Shown here in pieces: positions 41,388 through 53,930 of a stretch of DNA of 64,000 nt. Origin of the DNA: Octopus vulgaris (Eukaryota); assembly GCA_951406725.2 (NCBI GenBank), contig OX597825.1, positions 52,948,001 to 53,012,000 on the forward strand, in the 5' to 3' direction. Position 1 is the stretch's first letter. Every line of letters begins with the position of its first letter. The position numbers and the translations under genes were made by a program. Below the pieces are notes generated by a model that was not told where the DNA came from, ran no database searches, and was given only the letters and a program-made list of their open reading frames with translations.

Positions 41388-42451
41388 TTATCTGTTGCCA
41401 GACTACAGCCATCCACTATAGTGAGAGAAATGTATGCACTTTGACATAAATTTGTGTTTATCCTTATTTTTTCTACTTTATCTCTGTAACACATAACTCG
41501 TAATACTACACAATATAGTAGTTCATTAACAACAATACAGAAAGCAGGCTGGTTTATAAAAATGTATGTATAGTTCTAAACATGAAAATAACACACATAC
41601 ATATACTTGTACACAATTTTTACATAAAACATGCACATAAACACTCACACACATATGCATGTGATTATAGATACATATATGAGCGTGTATCTATATATGT
41701 TTATCTTAGTCCTATTTATCTATCTACCGTTACCCATCTAACTATCTGTATGTGGGTCTGTCTGTATGCACTAGTAGGAATTGATAGCATCAGTAGTTAT
41801 TCGCGTTTGCATTTGGTGAGTTTTAAGTAATACAGAATCTTCAATCTTGAGAATCGGAAAAATTCCAAACAAAACATGAAATATAACTGAAGAATCCTCA
41901 CAAAACGCACAAGAGTTTTCTTCGAGACCTGATTATGTTCTCTACAATTCTGTCCCAGATTTATTTCATTTTATTATTTTGGTCGAATATTTTAGTCTGA
42001 AACCAAATGGTTCTTTGTAAAGGTATTTTGCAGCTTAAAGAAAACGAGATACATGTTAATGAGCTGTTGTAGTGTAATATCAGTGCGTATGTGTGCTTAT
42101 GTGTGTCTGTACGTGTATCGGTGTGTCTGCGCGCCTGTGCGTGCGTATGCATGCGTATGGGTATACTGTATTCCTTGAAATTGTCAAAAAGTAAAGAAAA
42201 GTAATGTCTTCACATTGCTTTTGGCAACATTCAACAACAATACACTTATTTATTTCTTCAGAGTGAATATATATTTGGTGACTATTAACTATAGATAATT
42301 GTCTCTTAGAATTTCAAGAGAATACTGTTTATTTTCAAAGAATATGCTTGAAAAGAGAAGACACAAAAATACATACATATGCAGACGTACATACATACAT
42401 ACACACACACACACAGCCCTCCACACACGTGCACCCAACACACAGTCATAC

Positions 42452-42498
<47 letters not shown>

Positions 42499-43104
42499 TG
42501 TGTACTATTAAGAACCAAAAATGTATTTAGATATAAATCGTTAAATGTTTACGCTTTGAATTGTGACATACACACACAAATCTGTCTCTCACCCTCTCTC
42601 CCTCTCTCTCTCTCTTTCTCTGTATCCATACATGACATGCACACATAGATTTATGTATACACACACACATATATATAGATACACATACACACACACACAT
42701 ATATATTATAATAAAGGGCAAAAATCATTAATGATTTTACCAAGAGTATAATTTCTTTACCTTAAGCTTGAAACGGGATCTTCTACACATTAAACCATGA
42801 TTTTAATTCATTATCTTTCCTTTGCTTGACTACAGCCCGTGTTTTAGTTTTCGGAGTTGTTAAGTTCGTTTTAGTGTCTTTTGGCGTTTATTTTCTAGCG
42901 CGTGGAGAGGCGTATAGCCAAACTTTTGTTATAATTATGAATATATTATAATTACAAATAAACACACAAACACACACACACATACACACACACACACATG
43001 CACAAACGCACACACATATATATACACACACGTACTTACAAGAAATGCATGCGCTCAGGCAATCCCGTATGCACACTCACAGAGGCAATAATAGTAATAT
43101 TTAT

Positions 43105-43300
43105 ATTTGAAGCTCAAGGCCATCAACCTAGTACCAGAAGAGGCGTTTTTCGATTACATCGACCTAGATCTTTATTCTAATGACCCCAAAGGGATAAAAG
43201 GCAAAGTCAACCTCGGCAGATTTTGAGCTCAGTTTATATATAAGCCGACGAAATATCGGAAAGCGTTTTGTCCGGCGTACTAAAGAATCTGTCAGCTTCC
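43105..43300 (-). mobile_element. SINE family B
   Basis: gaccccaaagggataaaaggcaaagtcaacctcggcagattttgagctcag, homologous to the other B copies. Confidence 0.75.
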
Positions 43301-43332
43301 TGCATTAATAATGGTAATATTTAACATATAGT

Positions 43333-43450
43333 GAGGTCGACTTTCATCCTTTCGGGGTCGATGGATTAAGAACCAGTTGCGTACTCAGGTCAATCTAATC
43401 GACTGTCCCACTCCCCCAAAATTTCGGGCCTTGTGCCTAGAGTAGAAAAT
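43333..43450 (+). mobile_element. SINE family B, 5'-truncated, with ~16-bp TSD
   Basis: gaggtcgactttcatcctttcggggtcgat...gccttgtgcctagagtagaaa, flanked by atatttaacatatagt and atatttaatgtatagt. Confidence 0.85.
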
Positions 43451-43619
43451 ATTTAATGTATAGTATATGGGATCTTTTCCATGAAATATGCCAATCTTAC
43501 TCATAAATAACACTTGCTGTAAAACGTACAGCTTACTCTTACTTCAGGTGAAATTTCAAAATTTTGAAATTTCAAGATTTTGTATAAAATTGTGTCATCA
43601 TTAACAACAATAATAAAAT

Positions 43620-44870
43620 CACAGATAATTGGATGTCTTGTGAACAGCTTTCATACGGGGTTCAAAAGTAGACAAAGAGAAACTCAATGAACGGGTCAGG
43701 AAGATAAATGATATCACTGGTGATATCAGGACTGACAACATCACAGACACCAACAATCTGATAAATGCAATCTCGATCTTTATAGCCCAGGAGTTAGGTT
43801 TGAAAGCCAAAGGTAAATGTCAAGATAACCTGAAGGAATGATGTTGGAAAGGGAGAATAACGCAGTCTGTTAACGAGACCAGAAAACATATTAATATTCA
43901 GGAACGGAAAAAAGAAATCAATTTCAGCGAGATAAATATGATGAGCTAGAGAGGAAGTATAGAGAGGTGGTGAAGAGAAGGCGAATCAATGTTGTGACTG
44001 AGGAATTAAAACAGAGGTTGAAAGCTACAGAGATATGAACAGAGAATTGAGAAACACAGATTAAACAGGCTTTTAGAACAAAATCAGAAACTAGTTTGGA
44101 ACCGGATAGGAAAAAAAAGTGAAAAAGCTGTGCCGGATGCTGAGGAAAGTAAAAGAATCCTGGTCAAACATATGAGATTGATTGGAATAGAACCTGGCAA
44201 TGACTGCTGAAAGGAGATTTAAAAAGGCCCACTGAGGCATTAGTGTGCAGCGCTTAAGAACAAGCTCTCAGAACAAACTGCTCCAAATGTCACATTTGTA
44301 AAAGCACTGACTCGCCACAGTGTACAATGTGCTCTGAGAAGGGAGAAAGTAAAAGCCACATTGTTAGTGAGTGCTGTAGGCTTGCACAACACGAATACAA
44401 AAGGAGAAACGACAATGTGGCCAGATATGTCCACTTGCTGTTACGTGGTAAAGCAAACAAGCAGTGCGACCAAGTCATAAAGGCGAGACGACCAAATATT
44501 GTGCTCGTCGATAAAGATGAAAAAGGAGTAAAGATAATAGATGTTGCAATACCAGGCTATTCTAGGAAACCGAAAATATTGAGTAATACCAACCACTGCA
44601 GGACGAGAAAGGAAAGTTATGGGGCATGGGGAAAGTAACGGAGCATTAGGATCAGTTTCCAAGGGTTTTGAAAAACATTAAGTATATTGGAGCTGCTGTC
44701 AGGCTCGAGGTGATCCAGAAGACAGTATTGTTGCGTACACAGCTCGCATTCTATTGTCTTTTTGAGTCACAGGAGAAGGCACTTCTTGAAACCTTTGGTG
44801 ATTTGTTATTGCCTTGTTTCAAGTAAAGGATAACTGGTAATCAAGAACTGTCCGACAGTTATTCAGAATA
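43620..44870 (+). mobile_element. R4/Dong-clade LINE, internally deleted and decayed
   Basis: CTMCSEKGESKSHIVSECCRLAQHEYKRRND (CCHC knuckle plus RH motif), RRPNIVLVDKDEKGVKIIDVAIPG (REL active site); ends at (AAT)n. Confidence 0.85.
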
Positions 44871-44889
44871 ATAATAATTATTATAACAT

Positions 44890-45800
44890 AATGATAAAGC
44901 GGAGTGGTTGCATGAAATCCAGGATAGGTTAAGAAATATAGAAGTCCAAGAAGACATAAAGATAACTACAGAAATGATAAAAAAAGCAGTGAAGAAAATT
45001 CCCAAGTTGAAAGAGCCCAGGACCGGAGGGAGTCCAAGGGTATTGGATGAAGAAGAGGACTCCATTAAAGGATTGCACAACAGCTAGATGAGTGCTTGCA
45101 GGAAGGCACCGTACCCAGTCGGATGACAAACGGAAATACATTGTTAGGTACCAAGGATCCTGGAAAGGAAAATGTTGCATCCAACTTTAAACCAATAATA
45201 TGCCTTCCGCTAATGTGGAAACCAGCGTCAGGTGCTTTGGCCAGTGAACTGTACAAATACTTGAGAAAAAGTGGGCTACTACCCACTGAACAGAAGGAGT
45301 GCCGAGAAAGGTGCCGGAGAAGGTAAAATCAGCTCTTAATTGATAATCTAATTATCAGGAACTGCAAGAGAAGACATACAAGCCTAATATGGCATAGGTT
45401 GACTATCGCAAAGCATATGATATGATACCACAGTCTTGGATAATAAGAACAATGGAAATGTCTGGAGTAGGAGAGACTATGAGAAGCATTATTTAGAATA
45501 ACATGAAATACTGGAGAACGGAATTGACAGCAGCAGGGAAGCAAGTGCTAGGAGAGGTGAAAATCAAGAGAGGAAAACAAAGTTGGGGGTATGATTTGGG
45601 AAGAAGTAAGAGAAAACTAAACCACTTGCTATCCATGGAGGACCAGAAGCTATTCGCAAAAACTGAGGGAGAGCTAGACAGCCTAGTTCAGTCTGTGCGG
45701 ATTTTTTCCAATGATATTAAGATGGAGATTGGACTCTCAAAATGTGCTACGATACTGACGAGACGAGGAAAGCTTGTCAAAACAGAAGTGGTGAAATCAT
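44890..45800 (+). mobile_element. R4/Dong-clade reverse transcriptase fragment
   Basis: ASNFKPIICLPLMWK...EQKEC; LNHLLSMEDQKLFAK (FMDD motif)...IKMEIGLSKCA. Confidence 0.85.
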
Positions 45801-45825
45801 GAAGGTGGTAGTAGTAGTAGTAGTA

Positions 45826-46375
45826 TAAAACCACTGTGGTACATTGTTAGTGAAGGCCTAACTTAGCATAACGTGAATACAAAATGTGATATGTCTAATT
45901 AGCAAGAGTTACTGGGAATAAGGATTGGCCTACTCTGTGGGATGCAATGATTCACCGTGACCGTTGGTTTAAACATCGGAAATATTGTGGAGAACTGAAA
46001 AGAAGAATATGCCTGTTTATTGATGTAGCATTTCCTGGTATTAGTAGGATTGAAGAAAGTAAAGAAAAGTGAACAACAAAGATAAATTGAAGTGGGAAAA
46101 CACGCAGGTTGTAGGCAATGAAGAAAGTGGACGTGACGCCAATAGTGATTGGAGCGCTTGGAACTATTAACACTAAATACGAACGTGGCTCAAAAAGATT
46201 AGAACAAATATAAAGTTAGAAGACCTATAAAAATCATCATTGCTTGAAATTGCATGAGTTCTCCGCAGGGTTCTTGAAGCATGATCGGTAAACAAGTGTC
46301 ATATTTGTGTGTGCTGGTTGTGGGCAGCTGACACAATCCGTCATACCTAGAAAAAGAAGCCGATTTAGTACGATT
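45826..46375 (+). mobile_element. R4/Dong-clade endonuclease remnant
   Basis: LLWDAMIHRD...CLFIDVAFPG...VTPIVIGALG. Confidence 0.7.
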
Positions 46376-46409
46376 TTATAACAACAACAACAACAATAAC
46401 AGCAGCAGC

Positions 46410-46442
<33 letters not shown>

Positions 46443-46459
46443 AATAATAATAATAAAGC

Positions 46460-47191
46460 AACAAAATGAAACCATTGATCATGTTGTCTCCAAGTGCAGT
46501 ATTCTAGCGCCTACAGAGTATCTCAACAGGCATGATAGAGCTGCACAATATATTCACTGGGTAATTTGCAAAATCCTGGACTTGCCCCATGATAAAAACT
46601 GGTGGGAACACAAACCACCTCCAGTGCTTGAAACTGATCACATGTCACTCCTCTGGAACTTCACCATTCAAACTGACAGAAAGATAGATGCAAATAGGCC
46701 AGACATCATATTGAAAGACTTCAGACAAAAAACATGCCTCCTCATTGATATGACTGTCCCAATCGATATAAACGTATCTGTCAAGACCTACCAAAAATTG
46801 AGCAAATATAAAGATCTTGAAATAGAAATCAGCAAAATGTGGAACCTGAAGACTAAAACAATACCTGTTGTCATAGGTGCCCTGGGAATGATAGCAAAAG
46901 GGGCTGATTGCTACCTAACTCAGATACCAGGAAACCCCAAAATGGCAGAAATTCAAAAGATAGTGCTCATGGGAACTGCTCATATCCTTAGCAAAATACT
47001 TTCTATGTAATCTCAAGGTTTAAAACAAACATAATTTTCGTTTTTTTTCTTAGACACCAAAAAAAAAAAAAAGAAAACAAATATTTGTAACACTAGGCGT
47101 AACAACAACATGAACTTCCAACCTGTTGTCTCTTAAGGTCTCTGGGTGAGACTTGGAGCCAACTTGTACAAATATAAAGCAAAAGTCAAAC

Positions 47192-47192
<1 letters not shown>
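46460..47192 (+). mobile_element. R4/Dong-clade LINE 3' end with open REL endonuclease frame (young)
   Basis: ETIDHVVSKC...NRHDRAAQYIHW...TDRKIDANRPDIIL...LIDMTVP...KLSKYKDL...PVVIGALG, open to the stop at 47010; flanked by (CAA/AAT)n and (AAT)n. Confidence 0.92.
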
Positions 47193-47269
<77 letters not shown>

Positions 47270-47735
47270 TAATAATTACCGGGGACGTTGAACATGTGAG
47301 AGAAATAAAACACTGATCCGAAATCTGTCCAAAAAAAAAATCGTGAATAAAGACAACAAATGGAGTCTAAATTAAATAACTAAGTGTTGCAGTATATCCG
47401 AGTAAGTAATATTCATGAAAATTTATTTCTGCTTTCCGCATGAAACGATGTATTTTGAGTGTCTATTACTTCCGTCACTCGCACAATACGTGTAAACGCG
47501 TTCGCCACGCTGACAAGGCGCTGGACTACGCTCAAATATTTAATACTCATTAAAAGTGTTGCACTATATCCGAGTACGTACATATTGGGCTACATCCAAT
47601 TAAATACACATCACAAACATACACACACACGCACATAAGTGAATCAAATAAAAACAATCGACAGACTAGTCATTATTGAATACAAGAGCATTAAATATAC
47701 ACACTCACACACATATATATATACATACATATAAA

Positions 47736-47788
<53 letters not shown>

Positions 47789-47794
<6 letters not shown>

Positions 47795-48071
47795 CAATAT
47801 AAGGAATGGCCATATAGGACATTCGACTCACTAGAAAGAGCAGCCAAAACTCATACCGCTAAATAGTTGTAATTCTGAAATGAATTTAATTTAATTTAAT
47901 TAATTCATTTGCCAAAGTTTTGCCGAAACTATGCATAGTCCAGAGATGAAAGGGGTAAACGCTTTTATTTCTCTTTCTATTTCAGAATTACAACTATTTA
48001 GCGGTATGAGTTTTGGCTGCTCTTTCTAGTGAGTCGAATGTCCTATATGGCCATTCCTTATATTGTTGAAT
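47789..48071. repeat. Perfect 93-bp inverted repeat with 97-bp spacer
   Basis: 47789-47881 is the exact reverse complement of 47979-48071. Confidence 0.95.
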
Positions 48072-48231
48072 GTATATTATATAGTCTTTGACTATTTTTT
48101 CTTTCTCACTAGACCGCTGGTAGCGGAAAATTTTTTCTAGAATTTTTTGCTACCCTTATATTTATTAATTAATGATTTTTTGGCTAATTTTGAAATTAAA
48201 TCAGCAGTTTATATTTGCTGCTGAGTAGACC

Positions 48232-48714
48232 CGTTTTCCAAGTTTAGAAACCTTTCCAAGTTACTGAAGATGACGATGAACAGTTATATGGTTTGAACTA
48301 AGCTATATTGCCAATTCTTCAACTGATAAAGCAGGATTTTCTTCAAGTGATTCCTCAAGGAGCTTATCATCAAACTCAACTGGACGAACAGTGCGATCTT
48401 CATCGTCAAGGTTGAAATCTCAACTTCTGAATTTTGCAAACCATCTTCTGCAAGTTCTTTCATTCAAGCATTCTTTCCCTTAAACTGAGTGTATGTTTCG
48501 ACTCGCTTCGGCTGCAGAGTTTCCTCTATTGACGTCTTAAAGCATTATGTGCATTTTTGGATACTTCCATGTTAGAAAGGGATTTAATCAAAGAAATTTT
48601 AATTCTATTATTCTGTAAAATAATTTTTAATTCCATTAGACATTCTAAAATACTATTAAATTTCATTAAATTTTTAAAACGGTAAAATCGGACAGAACTT
48701 ATGGGATGACCTGA
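48232..48714 (-). mobile_element. Mariner 5' TIR plus transposase N-terminal half (pseudogenised)
   Basis: Reverse translation MEVSK.HIML...NSAAEASRNIHSV...LNERTCRRWFAKFRS.DFNLDDEDR..RP...LGKVSKLG; TIR tcaggtcatcccataagttctgtcc followed by TA. Confidence 0.9.
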
Positions 48715-48854
48715 TAGATAAGACCCGAACGAAGCCTAGTACTAGCGCAAAAGTGTTATTGACAATTAACCAACACTCATGTTAGACCAGAGGAAATATT
48801 AACAATGACAAATCGTAAAAAATGAAAATAACACTACCAGTGATGATGATGATG

Positions 48855-48924
<70 letters not shown>

Positions 48925-48927
<3 letters not shown>

Positions 48928-49830
48928 AAGGAAGCGGTTGGAATCTCCCCATGTCCTGAGTGATGGTGACACAATGAAAACACTGGTAATTACACAACCT
49001 GATAATCGCTACCTCATATAGGGGACAATGAAAAAATAGTGTGAATAACGGTGGTCATGAAACCGAAGTCCTTAATGGTGACAGTGTTGCACTCAGCAGG
49101 CTCAGAGATTCTGGTCCGACTCCATCCTGTCTTATCCACTAATGAAGCAGCACACATGACGTAGATGGAACGAAGAAGTCAATGCTGTGGTCATGGAGTG
49201 TTACTACCTGAGCAACCCTGCAGGCGAAAATGATGTTCATATTAGGGGATACCAACAACATATATATGATAAATGGAGAGAAAAGAGGATTGTTTCAACT
49301 TACGGAATAGAGATTATATGATAAAGGTAGAACAACAAGAAAAAATCATTGGTGCAGAGAAGTAGAGTACGAAGTAGAGAAGAAAGGTAGAGCACGAAGT
49401 AGAGAAGAGAGGTAGAGCACGAAGCAGCACGGGTACTGGAAAACAGCAGCAGAGAAAACGATGAAAACAAGTTCCTACTGATAAAAGTAATCTCGTAGCA
49501 GAAAACAGAGCTGGATCTGTAATAAACCACAGGAAAGGAACAATGATAGCTTGCTCAATGACACACATATAGATGGTTTCCAAGAAGACAATAAAACTAA
49601 TCGTGACATGATAGATGGGCAAGATGCAATCTACGACAGAATAAAGGCAAGGTTACAAGAGAACGTTAGCGACATTATTTGCGACATTAAAATGGTTGAT
49701 CGGTGGAATTTGAACCAAGAAATGAAAGAAGTTAATGAAATTCTGAAATAAATCAGAACAAAAGCATCACAGAAACAAACAATTTGATCAAGGCTGCAAG
49801 TATTGTTGTAGCAGAAAATGTGGGTGCTGA
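48925..49830 (+). mobile_element. R4/Dong-clade LINE 5' region
   Basis: RRWNEEVNAVVMECYYLSNP...GY and ITETNNLIKAASIVVAE (compare ITDTNNLINAISI at ~43740); follows (AAT)n. Confidence 0.65.
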
Positions 49831-49899
49831 TATTCTAACATTGATTTCGTCATTAAGAGTACTCTTAATGTTTACTGTACTTCTAAGATATTTAAATTA

Positions 49900-50240
49900 C
49901 TTGACCCATTTAACTGAGTTGTTGTTTGTCATCACGTTTGAATCTTGAGTATATGATGCTCAGGCTTTGCTTTGAATAAAACTTTAGTCTTCTTGATGCT
50001 GTTAGTCAGTCCAAATGCAATATCTGCCGCAGGAAACCTGTCGACCGTTTCCTGAATTCTCCCAAATATATGAGAAATGAAAGTCCAATCATCAGCAAAC
50101 GGTAATTTACATAGAATCACTTACTTGGGATTTTTCATTGATCTGGAACTTTACCCTTTCATGTTTAATAGAACTCCTGTGCGAAACTGGAATTTTGCAC
50201 TTTCATGGTAATCTATGAAAGCATACTGGAATATCATTGA
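49900..50240 (-). mobile_element. RTE-clade RT fragment (inverted)
   Basis: LPFADD...QETVDRF..A..AFGLTNSIKKTKVL. Confidence 0.8.
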
Positions 50241-50249
50241 AATGTAATA

Positions 50250-50920
50250 TTAATATAATATTGATATTGCTGCTCTAAGTGAAACCAGGTTTGCGGACAC
50301 TAGTGAATTAGAAGTTGGAAGTGGTTATATATTTTTGGGGAGTGGAAAGCCAGTAAATGAACCAAGAATTCATGATGTTGGCTTTGCCACTAAATGGAAT
50401 CTACTTTACAAATTGCTATCCATCCCACATGCTGTTGACGGGCGTCTCATGGCATTCCATATATCGATAACAAAATCCTCATCGATGTACATTATCACTG
50501 AATAATGCACCTACCTTATCAACATGCGAACGGGAACATAACAACTACTCCAAACTACAGACAGTTATCAGTAAAATTGCATACCATGACAAATTCGTAA
50601 TGATGGGCGATTTCAATGCTAGAATAGGCAACAAACACACAGTGTGGTCAAGAGTAATAGAAAAGCATCGAGCAGGAACGATGAATGAAAGCGGTTTGCG
50701 ACTGCTGTTTTTTGTCAACAAAAAGATTTAACCATTACAAATACAGTGTTTCAACAGGCAGAAAAATACAAAATCACCTGGAAGCATCCCTAATTTGAAA
50801 ACAGGCATAAGCTAGACTACGTTAAAACTAAGAACAAAGATTGCCGTGATTTCAGATTAACCAGAACTCACATGATTCTCAAGTTTTACTCGGATCACAT
50901 AATGGATTGCAATAAGATTA
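50250..50920 (+). mobile_element. RTE-clade APE endonuclease fragment
   Basis: NIDIAALSETR...GYIFLGSG...VGFA; MGDFNARIG; ITWKHP...LDYV; SDH. Confidence 0.85.
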
Positions 50921-50921
50921 A

Positions 50922-50983
<62 letters not shown>

Positions 50984-51004
50984 GGTGATGATGATGATGA
51001 CGAC

Positions 51005-51039
<35 letters not shown>

Positions 51040-51040
<1 letters not shown>

Positions 51041-53525
51041 ACAGAACGTTCAAAATCTACACGTTCCATTAGAGACCAAAGCAGGACCAACAGCAGAAGA
51101 AGTGGAAGAATTTTGGAAAGAAATATGGTCGGTGGAGGAACAACCTCAGCAAAGGTTTATTAAAATAACGAATACAGCACCTGAATAACTCTGGATCCCC
51201 ATAACAACTGAAGAAGTCATCCAGGCTCTAAGCAACTGGAAGGCACCCGGGTACGACAAGATCCCCAACTTTTAGTTAAAATACCTAACAAGAACACATA
51301 GAAAGCTAGTTGAGAAATTTAAGGAAATACTAATAGAGACAGAGGCAATGCCTGATAGCTCATGGAAGGGAAAACTATCCTAATTCCCAAATCCACTGAA
51401 ACGTGAAGCCCACAAAATTACAGACCGATAAAGTGTCTCAATGTAATTTACAAAGCCGTTTCTGCAATAATATCGCAGAGAATGAGCAAACGTCTGTAAG
51501 AAAATAACCTGTTTCCAGAAGAGCAGAAGGGATGCTGCAAAGGCTTATAAGGTTGTAAAGATCAACTAAAAATCAATAAAGCCATACCTGTAAACAGCCA
51601 CAGAAAGAAGAAGTGTCTATGTACGGCCTGGATCGATTACCGAATGGCTTTTGATTGTATTCCCCACACACAGATCCCAGAAACACTAGCCATGAACAAA
51701 ATAGCACCAATAATCATAAAATATATAAAACATTCCATGAAAAATGTCAGACTATGCTACAACTCCAGACAAAAGAGGGACATATAAAAATCAAAGCCAT
51801 CCCCACTAGAAGAAGAATATTCCAGGGAAACACGCTCTCTCCACGCCTTTTCTGGTTGGCTCTGATACCTTTATCTGACATGCTAATCAGAACAGGATGT
51901 GAATACAGCTGTTACAGCAAAACAATCAGCCACCTCATATATATGGATGACCTAAAACTGTACGGAAACATCACTACAGACAGTACATGGATTTACCAAA
52001 GAAATAAACATGAAATTAGGCTTGTGCCAAAGCAACCTTGAAAAGAGGAAAACAGTTAAGAGAAGCAACGTCACATTAGATAAAGCAAATCAAATAAGAG
52101 AATTAAACCAAAGCCTGACATACAATACAACACACGCGCAAATGAAAGAGAAAATAAGAAAAGAATACTATAGACGAGTTAGCTTAACACAAAAAACAAT
52201 GCTCAATGAAAAAAAAAGCAAGATAAGTTACAGCTATATTATTCTTAACTGGACTCTAAATGAACTAATCAAAATAGACAGGAAAACTAGGAAAATAATG
52301 ACAGGATTTAGGATGCACCACCCAAATCTGACATAGAAAGGTTATATATACAACGTATGGAAGGTGCTAGAGGGAAGAGTCCTTATACAGCTAGAAAATT
52401 ATTACAAAATAACCACTAGAGGACTAGAGGAATACCTACTTCAGAAGAACACTAATACAAATAGCCACAAAACACGAACAAAACAAAATAACCGTTTTCT
52501 GTTTTTAAGGAAGCTGACAAATACAAAATGTAGTTATAGTACCTAACAAGGAGAAAAAGAAGCAACAACGAAATCTATAGAACAACTGATATCCAAACTA
52601 AAATTGGAACAAATTGGATCATAATAAAACGATGTTAAGAAAAGCCCCTTCGTGGCAAATACTAGGTTAAAATAAGCAGAAAAGAAATAGACAAAGCAAA
52701 ATTCCAGCAAAAATGGCTTAGAAACTTAGAACTCAAAGCAGAAACTGAAGGATTCTCTTAATTGCAGCACAAAATCAAAGCCTTCCCACAAGAAATTACC
52801 TGATTATTGCTGCACAAGACCAGGCTCTCGCTACCACGTCAGTGAAGTATAACATCTATAAAACCTCTAACACACAAAAATGCAGGCTCTGTTGAAAGAG
52901 TGTGGAAAATGTGACCCACTTTGTAAGTGGATGTGAGAGAATTGCACAAAAAGAATACAAGCGCCGTCACGATGAAGTGTGTTTGTATCTTCATTGGCTC
53001 TTATGTTGTAAATACCAATAGGAAGTAACAGAGAACTGGTATGACCATGTACCAAGTAAAGATATGTCAGAGGATAGAAAAGTAACGATACTCTGGGACT
53101 ATAATTTTCAGACGGATCGTGTAATCGAACAACGTCGGCCGGATATTGTAATATTGAATAAGTCAAACAAATACAGTCAGATCATTGACGAAGTCATAGC
53201 AAATGACATGAATACTGTGAGTAAAGAGGCTGAAAAAATCACCAAGTACTCCGAATTGAAAGTGGAAATGGCAAGATTGTATGGAATGCGAGAGGGTGAT
53301 GTAAAAGTGATACCAGTGGTGATAGGAGCATTGGGCTCAATCCCATTGAAACTTTAAGACTGCTTGAGGCAACCGGAAATCCCTCGCAAGATTGATGTCT
53401 TGTAAAAAGGAGCCCTATTTGGCACAGCGCACATTTAATGAAAGTGTTACCTGTCTGAGATACTCGTTGTTACTTGATAGATGACTAAAGTCTCCGGTGC
53501 ATTTTTAACTACATTGTGTTACGAA
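51040..53525 (+). mobile_element. R4/Dong-clade LINE (RT plus REL endonuclease), decayed and probably chimeric
   Basis: PTAEEVEEFWKEIW; RRIFQGNTLSPRLF...HLIYMDDLKLY; ILWDYNFQTDRVIEQRRPDIV...KITKYSEL...PVVIGALG; ends at (AAT)n. Confidence 0.9.
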
Positions 53526-53526
53526 G

Positions 53527-53759
<233 letters not shown>

Positions 53760-53760
53760 G

Positions 53761-53930
53761 TCCTTTCTACTATAGGTACAAGCCTGATATTTTTGGGTGG
53801 AACTCTTGTCGACTACATCGATCCCAGCGCGTAACTGGTAGTTATTTCAATAACTTCGAAAGAATGAAAGGCGAAGTCGACATCAGTGGAATTTGAACTC
53901 AGAACGTAGGAACGGACGAAATGCCGCTAA
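53761..53930 (-). mobile_element. SINE family B
   Basis: gaatgaaaggcgaagtcgacatcagtggaatttgaactcagaacg. Confidence 0.8.

Noticed and set aside
43549-43574. Perfect 26-bp palindrome tgaaatttcaaaattttgaaatttca
   Set aside because: Low-complexity AT-rich slippage product with no other support.
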